In this document: piece by piece, positions 9,278 to 17,623 of the stretch | How the letters are laid out: each line of letters starts with the position of its first letter | Numbering within the stretch: the first letter of the stretch is position 1 | From: a virus | Taxonomy: Duplodnaviria; Caudoviricetes | Length of the DNA: 61,054 bases | Virus record (IMG/VR): IMGVR_UViG_3300032225_000600 | Span: 1-61,054 of that record | Reading direction: 5' to 3' (one strand) | Notes under the pieces: model-generated | Databases searched by the model: none | Told to the model about the DNA's origin: nothing | The model's input: only the letters and a program-made list of their open reading frames with translations | Program-made: the position numbers and the translations under genes

Positions 9278-10086
9278 CTAAAGCATTATTAGAAGGTGGT
9301 AACGTATTCAAAGGCCCAGACAAGCAGCCTTTAACTCAGCGTATCGCTACAGGCGACGTTGAAGAAACCATTGCCTATATTGAAAAGATCACAGGACTAG
9401 ACTTTACTAAAGAGAAAGATCTAGACGACAAGAAGCCAGTTAAATGGCTAGGTACAACTGGACGTAAAACACACGAAGATGGTACCTTTGAGCGCAACAG
9501 CTCAGGTGACCTAGACCTAAGCGTAGATGCTAAAGAAGTAGACAAGAAGTCATTTGCTGACAAGCTGATCGCACACTTTGGCAAAGAGAATGTTAAACTA
9601 AGCGGCGACAATGTACATTGGAAAACTCCAATCAAAGGCGATCCAGCTAACGGCTTTGTGCAGGCTGACTTTATGTTCTCTGCTAATCCTAAGTTCCAAC
9701 AGGGTTCGATGATCGGAGGCAGCGATGCTTACCGTGGTGAACATAGACATATCGTATTAAGCTCAATTGCTCGTGCTCGTGGTATGAAGTACAGCCCAAA
9801 ACACGGACTGCTAAATCCACAGACTGATGAGCTACTGCCTAATGGTAATGATTGGAATCAGATTGCTAAAGAACTGCTAGGACAGACAGCCACAACTAAA
9901 GACATCCGTTCAGTTGAGAACATCCTAAACTATATTAAAAAATTACCTAACTACGAAGAACTGATCGCAGCCGCACGTGAAACACTAGGCCGCCAAGGCA
10001 TTGAGCTGCCTAAAGCCAATCAAGTAGAAAGCTTTCAACCAGGAACAATTGGTTGGATGCGTCAGCTGATCGATATTGTAAAATGA
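9274..10086 (+). CDS. Pol-beta-superfamily nucleotidyltransferase-like protein
   Basis: LGTTGRK...SGDLDLSVD and distal VQADFM resemble the hG[GS]..DhD..D signature; N-terminal LLEGG. Confidence 0.65.
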   Translation: MTKALLEGGNVFKGPDKQPLTQRIATGDVEETIAYIEKITGLDFTKEKDLDDKKPVKWLGTTGRKTHEDGTFERNSSGDLDLSVDAKEVDKKSFADKLIAHFGKENVKLSGDNVHWKTPIKGDPANGFVQADFMFSANPKFQQGSMIGGSDAYRGEHRHIVLSSIARARGMKYSPKHGLLNPQTDELLPNGNDWNQIAKELLGQTATTKDIRSVENILNYIKKLPNYEELIAAARETLGRQGIELPKANQVESFQPGTIGWMRQLIDIVK

Positions 10087-11192
10087 GAGCATTTGAATTT
10101 TTAATTGAAGCGGAAGCTCCTAAGAAAGTAGGCCGTGAGTTCAATCACTTAGAGGATCTAGTGTTTACAGAACCCAGTGGTGCTAAACGTGCTGTGCAGA
10201 TCCTAAAGAGTATGGCACAAGATGCCAAAGACGTTTCAGTTAAGTGGGACGGCAATCCTACAGTCTACTGGGGACGTGATGATGACGGCACATTCCGTAT
10301 GGTTGGCAAGAACAACTGGGGACGTGAAGAAGGCAAAAGCTCTAGCCCAGAAGACCTAAAACAATTTATTATGAGCCGTGGTAAAGGTGAGGACTGGCGT
10401 GAAAAGTTTGCCAGCGATATGGCCAGCCTATGGCCTACATTTGAAGCAGCAACTCCTAAAGACTTCCGCGGTTATATCTATGGTGATATACTTTATCATC
10501 CAGGCAAGCCCTATCAAGGTGGAGATGGCAAGATTAGCTTTACTCCTAACCAAACAACCTACTCAGTTAAAGGTACTAGTGAAATAGGCCGTAGGATTGG
10601 TAAGTCACAGGCCGCAGTGGCCGCGCACAAACATTTTGATTTCTTTGGTGACAAGACCGGAGATGACATTTCAGATGTTGAGATGTTCAATCATAGTCCG
10701 GCTCTAGTGGTATTTGGTCAGACCTATGTCAATCATCAGCCTGCTGTGGATGCAGACAATCTAGGTGCTATTGAAAAAGCAGCTAATAACTTCTCAGGTG
10801 CTATTGACAAACTACTGGCACCTACAGCAGGACTAAGCGATCTACAGACAATTATCTATACCTTTGTGAACAATCAAAGCAAGGCCAAAGCACTAGACAG
10901 TATTGATTCTAAAGCGTTCTTTACTTGGTTACAGGGTAGTAAAGTAAGTGCTCCTAAACAACAGAAGATTTCACAGCTATCACAACAACACCCGGGAGCG
11001 TTAGAAAACCTATTTTATCTGGTGCGAGAGCTAATGAAAGCCAAAGACGAAGTTATCCGTGAACTAGACAGTGCTGGAGGTGACATAGAACAGCACACAG
11101 GCGGTAAGCCAGGTGGTGAGGGCTATATGCACGGTGCCCACGGAGTCAAGCTGGTTCCACGTGACCGCTGGACCCCATTTAGAGCCGATTAA
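10083..11192 (+). CDS. ATP-dependent ligase-fold protein (DUF6267-like)
   Basis: True start 10083 (ATGA overlap). HLEDL; motif I KWDG; YGDIL; GEGY; VKLV. Confidence 0.7.
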   Translation: MRAFEFLIEAEAPKKVGREFNHLEDLVFTEPSGAKRAVQILKSMAQDAKDVSVKWDGNPTVYWGRDDDGTFRMVGKNNWGREEGKSSSPEDLKQFIMSRGKGEDWREKFASDMASLWPTFEAATPKDFRGYIYGDILYHPGKPYQGGDGKISFTPNQTTYSVKGTSEIGRRIGKSQAAVAAHKHFDFFGDKTGDDISDVEMFNHSPALVVFGQTYVNHQPAVDADNLGAIEKAANNFSGAIDKLLAPTAGLSDLQTIIYTFVNNQSKAKALDSIDSKAFFTWLQGSKVSAPKQQKISQLSQQHPGALENLFYLVRELMKAKDEVIRELDSAGGDIEQHTGGKPGGEGYMHGAHGVKLVPRDRWTPFRAD

Positions 11193-11274
11193 CGGTCTAA
11201 GACCACGATTTTTTCCAAACCGACTAAATAATATGCCGGTCCCGGAGCGGGATCATATTTAAGGAGAAATCAAA

Positions 11275-11664
11275 ATGGCAAACATTACATCACAAACAGT
11301 TGGCTCAACAACAGTTGGCGCAAACTATAACAAAGCAACAGATCCATTTGCATATGGCATTCGTGAAATGCTATGGATCAAAGTAGCATTAACAGGTATC
11401 GGTACTTCACCAACAGCAGCAGACAGCACATACGCTAAGGCACTACGTGGTCTACAAGCAATTGGCGAAGTTTGGTATTCAGCTACTACAGCATCTGGAT
11501 TTGCAGTATTTGCAATTTCAGCTGGTACAGAAGAAACAAAACAGTCTGATGATGCATTAACAAACGCAAACGCAACTGCTACAGTTAAGGCTGCTATTGA
11601 AGCAGTTACTGGTGGTACAGCAACAGTTACACGTGGCGTTTCTAACGTGTTCCAAACATCTTAA
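11275..11664 (+). CDS. Probable abundant virion structural protein
   Basis: Ala/Thr-rich 129 aa; strong TAAGGAG SD; strongly biased codons; own late motif and terminator. Confidence 0.65.
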   Translation: MANITSQTVGSTTVGANYNKATDPFAYGIREMLWIKVALTGIGTSPTAADSTYAKALRGLQAIGEVWYSATTASGFAVFAISAGTEETKQSDDALTNANATATVKAAIEAVTGGTATVTRGVSNVFQTS

Positions 11665-11694
11665 TTTAAGATATTCTCAGGGATGGGAAGCACT

Positions 11695-11717
11695 AAAGGA
11701 CCTTCGGGTCCTTTTTT
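11695..11717 (+). terminator. Intrinsic terminator
   Basis: AAAGGACC-TTCG-GGTCCTTTTTT. Confidence 0.9.
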
Positions 11718-11754
11718 GTTGGCTGATGTTTCTAGGAGTAAATAGTAGCACATT

Positions 11755-12150
11755 ATGGCACGATACATTCTCATCACTCTAGTTGACATCACTCGTAACA
11801 ATATCACACGTTCCGAAACAGATCAACTCAAAGTCAAACAACAGGCTAACTTCAACAGCCTTACACAGGCCATTGGACTTAGAGCCAACATCACTTGGTC
11901 AGCCGATCCCAAGTATGTCAATGGCTCATTGCCGTTTGGCCTCGGCGGTAAGGCCGCACATTGGGAATGGCAGTTTGACACTGAACGTGAAGATGTGTTT
12001 AGACGAGATGATGATGCAGTCGCCCTGTTAGTGGAAGACCTAAATGGCGTTCCTGTAATAGATGGACTAAATAATTCTGTAGACTTAAATCCTTCAGCCT
12101 TTGTCAGTATTGGCGCTAAACCAAACATTTGGGTATTCGAGGATAAATAG
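11755..12150 (+). CDS. Hypothetical protein
   Basis: 131 aa; TAAATA at 11739. Confidence 0.75.
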   Translation: MARYILITLVDITRNNITRSETDQLKVKQQANFNSLTQAIGLRANITWSADPKYVNGSLPFGLGGKAAHWEWQFDTEREDVFRRDDDAVALLVEDLNGVPVIDGLNNSVDLNPSAFVSIGAKPNIWVFEDK

Positions 12151-12242
12151 TATTATAGGCAAATAACATCAAGGCATTTTTCTAACTTAGGCACATAGTC
12201 CGGAGCGGACGCTTGACTTAACATAAAAGGAAATCGCCATAA

Positions 12243-12629
12243 ATGGCCACTAAAGAAGCTGTCGCACAACTTGCGGCATTACCTGAGCGGGTAAGCGTAT
12301 TAGAGACACAAGTTGAAAATATCAACGAAAAACTAATTGACCTCAAAGGTGATGTCAAAGATATGCACGACTGTCTAGATCAGACACGTGATCTACTAGC
12401 AGGCAAGCTGGAAAAAATGCAGGAAGAATATCGCGCTAACAGTTCTAAGTATTTTGATCACGCAGACAAACTACACGCAGAAGATAAAGAAAGCCACGCA
12501 GCACTAGATAAAAAGATCAAAGATCTTGAGCAATTTAAAACCAAATGGATTTATATGACAGCAGGTGGTATTGCTGTACTAGGATTTATGTCAGGACACG
12601 CCACAGCATTGTCCAGCTTGTTCAAGTAA
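12243..12629 (+). CDS. Coiled-coil protein with C-terminal membrane anchor (XhlA/holin-like architecture)
   Basis: Heptad-rich region then KWIYMTAGGIAVLGFM. Confidence 0.6.
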   Translation: MATKEAVAQLAALPERVSVLETQVENINEKLIDLKGDVKDMHDCLDQTRDLLAGKLEKMQEEYRANSSKYFDHADKLHAEDKESHAALDKKIKDLEQFKTKWIYMTAGGIAVLGFMSGHATALSSLFK

Positions 12630-12671
12630 CATTATATACACACTTAAATAAGGGCCATAGGTCCTTTTTTT

Positions 12672-13100
12672 ATGACTGATATATCAAAACGCTTAGAGCA
12701 GACATTACGCTCTGCCATACAAAAAAATCCAATTCTACCAGTTAAAGTAGCGGACGGAATCCTTGTGGGCGATGCAAAGATAGTCAGCGAAGACCATATC
12801 AAACACATTTGGTTTAAGGACCAATTGATCTACAAAGATGTCAGCTTGAATGCTGTGGCAATTAAATTGGCTAACATCTTGGCAAGAAGATCCAGCACCG
12901 TGTACGCAGATGCTATATACAGAGCCGATCAAGACTATGGGCGTTGGTTTATTGAAAGTCAGATGCTTAGAGCACAGTATCAGAAGGCTCTAACAGTCAA
13001 GGACTATGACAAGTCAGATACCCTATGGGCTAGGTACTGCGAAAGCAGGGATCGTGCTGTTTCTGCTAGAAACTACGCACAGAGTTTGGCGCAGGTCTGA
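12672..13100 (+). CDS. Hypothetical protein
   Basis: 142 aa ORF in late-gene context. Confidence 0.7.
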   Translation: MTDISKRLEQTLRSAIQKNPILPVKVADGILVGDAKIVSEDHIKHIWFKDQLIYKDVSLNAVAIKLANILARRSSTVYADAIYRADQDYGRWFIESQMLRAQYQKALTVKDYDKSDTLWARYCESRDRAVSARNYAQSLAQV

Positions 13101-13134
13101 ATAAATATAACAATAAATCTGGATTGGGAAAAAT

Positions 13135-14181
13135 ATGAAAACCACAGAACTTTTTACTATTAATAGAACTTCAAAGAAGCTGAATGAAACGCTTGAAAAA
13201 ACCTTTGGACGCAAATTAAAATTAGAAACTTTTAACCTAGCACAACTTGAAGATGCTCGCAATAAACTACGTACACAGATACACGATGCACGTAACTTAT
13301 CCGGGTTCAACGAGAACCTAGAAAATGACGCATTTACTGAAGCTCAGTGGATGTTGGATGCTATCAATGCTGAAATTATGCACAGAGAAAGCATCTCAGA
13401 ATCACCGTTTGATATGGGCCCTGAAGAGCCAGAAGAAATGAACGATGACCCACACGCTGATCCAGATCCAAGCGAATATGATAGAGAAGGCGGAATGGCA
13501 AAAGGCCAACTATCTACAGGTGCAGAAGCAGCAGAAGAACTAAAAAGTATTTTAGCATCCAACGAAGATTTGCCAGAATGGGTGCAGGCTAAAATTACTC
13601 TAGCAGTTGACTATCTTGACACAGCTAGAGATTATATGAAAGGACAACACGAAAAAGGTGTTGAGCCAACAGACAACGAATCAATAGGAGAAAATATGAG
13701 TAACTTAAGAGAAGGTGAAATCCAGCAAGCGTCTGCGATCGTCACAGCAAAAACAATGGTTGACAGAGTAGGTCGTTGGATTGAAGAACTTTCTGGTATG
13801 GAGAATGACACTCTCCTTACACTAGGTGACTCTATCCGTGACGAGATGGGTGCAGAAGCTGCAAAGACATTTATTAGTTCTTGTGCTCCAGCTATCCAGC
13901 AGGCTCTACAAAACCTAAAAGACACACGCGAAGCACTAAGTACCAGCGTTCGTGCGCTAACAGGCGAAGAACAAGCTACTGATATGCTCGGTAGTGACAC
14001 AGGTGGTGACGATATGTCCGCCCCAGACTCATTAGATATGGGTGATGAAGGAGATATGAGCGCCCCAGCTGATGATTTCGCAGCCAGTGAGCCAGGTGTA
14101 GGCGGAATGGAAACAGCAGGCCGTGAACAACGTGAAAGCATTGACCGTGGCAATAACCTACTAAGAGTATTAGCTGGATGA
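13135..14181 (+). CDS. Acidic prohead core/scaffold-like protein
   Basis: Very acidic; multiple L/I-x-E sites; EDLPEWVQAKITLAVDYL segment. Confidence 0.6.
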   Translation: MKTTELFTINRTSKKLNETLEKTFGRKLKLETFNLAQLEDARNKLRTQIHDARNLSGFNENLENDAFTEAQWMLDAINAEIMHRESISESPFDMGPEEPEEMNDDPHADPDPSEYDREGGMAKGQLSTGAEAAEELKSILASNEDLPEWVQAKITLAVDYLDTARDYMKGQHEKGVEPTDNESIGENMSNLREGEIQQASAIVTAKTMVDRVGRWIEELSGMENDTLLTLGDSIRDEMGAEAAKTFISSCAPAIQQALQNLKDTREALSTSVRALTGEEQATDMLGSDTGGDDMSAPDSLDMGDEGDMSAPADDFAASEPGVGGMETAGREQRESIDRGNNLLRVLAG

Positions 14182-14459
14182 GATTCCAAGATCTAGTAAT
14201 GGAGTTTGATGCTCCAGGTGTAACTCCTGGCGCTCCTGCTCCTGCTGCACCAGCACAACCAGGTGCTGCTCCTCAGCCAGGGGCTGCGCAGGCCACTCAG
14301 GATCCGCAGGCAGCAGCTAAGATGCAGGCTCAGCAGGCACTTGATCGTCAAAATCAAAAGAAACAGGTTATGGACGATATTAAGCAAACACAAGATCAAA
14401 TCACTCAGCTGCAAAAATCTTTGCAAGATAAACAAAAACAATTGGCTACACTAAAATGA
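14178..14459 (+). CDS. Pro/Ala/Gln-rich coiled-coil protein
   Basis: ATGA overlaps at both ends; N-terminus MRFQDLVME. Confidence 0.7.
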   Translation: MRFQDLVMEFDAPGVTPGAPAPAAPAQPGAAPQPGAAQATQDPQAAAKMQAQQALDRQNQKKQVMDDIKQTQDQITQLQKSLQDKQKQLATLK

Positions 14460-14836
14460 GATTCTTTGAATTTGTAGGTGACGATGATGGCAATATTGAT
14501 AAGTTTATCATTGCCTTACGTAATCAGATTGGACGTGCAGCCAGTAAGAAATCGCCAGCTGTATTAAATTGGAACGCAGTGGCACAAATGAGCAAAGACA
14601 CAGGCTTTGAAATGGGTGCTGACTATGAAACATTCAAGTCAATGTTTGATACATATCCAATCATACAGTCTTTGGTAAAAAACTTTGATGCCAAAGGCAT
14701 TACACTAAAAGTTCCAGGCGCTCCAGATAGCGAAGAAGAGCAAAGCCCACAGAAAAGCGGCGAAACCAGCCAAGACCAAGTGGATAAAATGGCAGCTTCT
14801 GCCGCTCCACAGCAACTAGCTCAAGCTCAAGGTTGA
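14456..14836 (+). CDS. Hypothetical protein
   Basis: 126 aa; N-terminus MRFFEF. Confidence 0.7.
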   Translation: MRFFEFVGDDDGNIDKFIIALRNQIGRAASKKSPAVLNWNAVAQMSKDTGFEMGADYETFKSMFDTYPIIQSLVKNFDAKGITLKVPGAPDSEEEQSPQKSGETSQDQVDKMAASAAPQQLAQAQG

Positions 14837-14861
14837 CAGCTTCAAAACAATAGTGTAATAT
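14833..14861 (+). promoter_or_regulatory. Sigma70-type promoter
   Basis: TTGACA-17-TAATAT, ending 7 nt before ATG 14869. Confidence 0.65.
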
Positions 14862-14868
14862 ATACACT

Positions 14869-15573
14869 ATGACTGAACAACTAATAAATCCACCACCATT
14901 TATTGAACGCTTTCAATATAAGAACTGCGTTCAAATAAACGATCCTATAACACGTAAACGTGTCTACCAAACTCCAGATGGCGAAAGCCTTCCTAGTGTT
15001 ACAACTATCCTTAGTGCTACTAAAGATATGACCCATTTGAATGAATGGCGAGACAGGATAGGACACGCTAAAGCACAACAGATTACCACAGAGGCCGCTG
15101 GAGTAGGTACAGCAATGCACGGCAACCTAGAACGATTCCTAGCTGGTATACAACGACAGCCCGGAAATGCTCCAGTGCATATACAGGCCAACAAGATGGC
15201 TGATGTTATTATTGAAAACGGTCTGAGTAAAATGAGTGAAGTATGGGCAATGGAACAGAGCTTGTACTTTCCAGGACTGTATTCGGGTACCACTGACTTG
15301 ATTGGTGTACACGAAGGTGAGCCTGCGGTATGCGATCACAAGCAGACTAACAAGCCTAAGAAAGCAGAGTGGGTTGATGACTACTATCTACAGCTAATGG
15401 CCTATATATTAGCACATAATGAAGTGTATAAAACAGACATCCGCAAAGGTGTTATTTTTATGTGTTCAAGAGACTTTCAATATCAGCAGTTTACCCTAGA
15501 ACCCAAGGACTTTAACAAGTGGCAGGATGCTTGGCTTAACAAGGTAGAGGAGTACTACGCCCTAGGTAGATAA
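14869..15573 (+). CDS. PD-(D/E)XK exonuclease (Cas4/lambda-exonuclease-like)
   Basis: PSVTTIL, GTAMH, E..L....YSGTTD, DHKQT and QLMAY motifs. Confidence 0.88.
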   Translation: MTEQLINPPPFIERFQYKNCVQINDPITRKRVYQTPDGESLPSVTTILSATKDMTHLNEWRDRIGHAKAQQITTEAAGVGTAMHGNLERFLAGIQRQPGNAPVHIQANKMADVIIENGLSKMSEVWAMEQSLYFPGLYSGTTDLIGVHEGEPAVCDHKQTNKPKKAEWVDDYYLQLMAYILAHNEVYKTDIRKGVIFMCSRDFQYQQFTLEPKDFNKWQDAWLNKVEEYYALGR

Positions 15574-15602
15574 ATACTCTATAGAACATAGAGGATACTA
15601 AA

Positions 15603-17171
15603 GTGGCCGTTGTCCAAATCTCCAAGATACAAGTCCGTAGGGGCAAAAAGAATTCAAACAGTGGAGTTCCGCAGCTCAGCTCGGCAGAATTTGCGTGGGC
15701 CGTTGACTCGCAGGAACTATATATAGGCAACGGTTCAGTTGCTGAAGGTGCGCCTTATGTAGGCAACACTAAGATTTTAACAGAACACACAAACCTATTT
15801 GAATTATTATCTAGCTATCAGTTTGCCTATAACGATACAGCTATTACTCTAAGTGTTCCACGTGGATTACAAAGCAAGTTAGACGAGTATGTGTCAGTAA
15901 CTGACTTTGGCGCAGTAGGCGATGGATCTACTGACTGCACCGCAGCATTTCAGTCAGCTCTCAACCAACTGTTTAGAAATCCTTCTTCAAAATACAAAAA
16001 AGTTTTAATGGTTCCAAATGGAACTTATCTGATTTCAAGTGGTATTGCCATACCAAGCAATGCTATCATCCGTGGCGAAACACAGCTAGGTGCTGTTATA
16101 AACATTGGATCACGTAATATTCGTTTTATCACATCAGCTGGTTTAGAGTATGCAGCATTCAACAGTGGCAATAGACCACAGAATGTTACCATCTCAAATC
16201 TTACCATTCAAAGAACCACAGGACAATTAATTATGTCTGGTGTTGCTAACAGCGTACTTGATGGTGTTAGATTTAAAGGCACCTATGCGTTAGGTAATAC
16301 TGTAGCATCGTTGTCAGCAGAGCCGGCAGCAGTTGTATGGTTGAATAATCTTGCTGGTGTTAAAGTAACTGACATCAAATTTATGTCTTGCATATTTGAT
16401 TCTGTTAGCGTTGGCGTAACCTGTACGCAGTCTGCCATATTTGATACATCGTTGGTTTTCGAAACCTGTAAGTTTTATGTCAACCACGTTGGCATCTATA
16501 TCAATGGTGTTGCTGATCAAATTAACAATTGGCGTATAACCAATTGCGACTTCGAAGAAATAGCACATCAAGTATTGTACTCTACAAATGGTATCAATAC
16601 TACTATTCAACGCAGTAGATTTAAGAACTGCGGAAATAATACAAATACAGCAGCCACACCAGTTACGTCTATTGTATATTTTGGTCAAAGAACAAACAAT
16701 CTAGTTATTGATTGTATCAGCGATCGACAGCAGGCAGCAGGATTAGTATCGTCGGCATTAATACCTGCGGTATCGGAAGTAACTAATGCGTCTAAGGTCA
16801 GCTTTATTGATCGAAATACAACATCGTTGTATCTATCAGATAGTTACAGACCATTAGCTGTATTTTCTGCACTGAACAAATATATTTTTGTAAATTATTT
16901 CTTAGAGTTAGGACCACACTCACGTGTAGGTCAGTTAACTATTAGTGTTGGTGATTATCTAGGAGAGGTTTCAATCTCTGATAACTATCACTATTCACCA
17001 CTTTCAACATCATCACCCGAAGGAGCTCGTATGATAAACTTTTTATTTAAAGCAGAATTAAAAGACAATGATGCCGATAGCGGCATTGACACAGTTGTGT
17101 TATCGTACCAGAATCCTTTAGCTTATGGAGCCACAGGTACTATCACTTTTGATACTACCTACGGTGTTTGA
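15603..17171 (+). CDS. Tail spike/baseplate protein with pectate-lyase-like beta-helix
   Basis: GTG start with GAGG SD; VVQISKIQVRRG...ELYIGNG N-domain; VSVTDFGAVGDGSTDCTAAFQ motif. Confidence 0.82.
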   Translation: MAVVQISKIQVRRGKKNSNSGVPQLSSAEFAWAVDSQELYIGNGSVAEGAPYVGNTKILTEHTNLFELLSSYQFAYNDTAITLSVPRGLQSKLDEYVSVTDFGAVGDGSTDCTAAFQSALNQLFRNPSSKYKKVLMVPNGTYLISSGIAIPSNAIIRGETQLGAVINIGSRNIRFITSAGLEYAAFNSGNRPQNVTISNLTIQRTTGQLIMSGVANSVLDGVRFKGTYALGNTVASLSAEPAAVVWLNNLAGVKVTDIKFMSCIFDSVSVGVTCTQSAIFDTSLVFETCKFYVNHVGIYINGVADQINNWRITNCDFEEIAHQVLYSTNGINTTIQRSRFKNCGNNTNTAATPVTSIVYFGQRTNNLVIDCISDRQQAAGLVSSALIPAVSEVTNASKVSFIDRNTTSLYLSDSYRPLAVFSALNKYIFVNYFLELGPHSRVGQLTISVGDYLGEVSISDNYHYSPLSTSSPEGARMINFLFKAELKDNDADSGIDTVVLSYQNPLAYGATGTITFDTTYGV

Positions 17172-17577
17172 TCAGCACGGCACACAACGATTAGCGGAAT
17201 GGAAAAGATTTAGAGAAAGTTTAGAAACAAGCGATACGCCACTAGAAGATGTCGCTGAATTTTGGGGCCACGCTCCGTTCGTTAGTTGTTATCTCAACCC
17301 AAATAATCCCACCGAATGGCCCGATCCTTGGCATTTGGTATTGGATTCTCGCCTAGATGAGCTTGCAATAGCTCTTGGAATGCTGTATACTATTAAATTA
17401 ACACAGCGGTTTATGAGTTCCAAATGCGAGATACATACTTCAATGCGTCCAGAGGACAATGATCCCAGATACGTGTTATTGGTAGACAATCAACACGTAT
17501 TGAATATGGACTGGTCTAGTGTAGTTCCATTTGATAGGTTGGCTGGAAGTAAAACCAGCCTTCTGTATTCACAGTAA
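17164..17577 (+). CDS. Hypothetical phage protein
   Basis: Probable GTG start 17164 overlapping the upstream stop; WPDPW motif. Confidence 0.7.
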   Translation: MFDQHGTQRLAEWKRFRESLETSDTPLEDVAEFWGHAPFVSCYLNPNNPTEWPDPWHLVLDSRLDELAIALGMLYTIKLTQRFMSSKCEIHTSMRPEDNDPRYVLLVDNQHVLNMDWSSVVPFDRLAGSKTSLLYSQ

Positions 17578-17623
17578 TCGATATTATAAATATCAGTCCG
17601 AATAGAATAAAGTTGAGGCGTAA

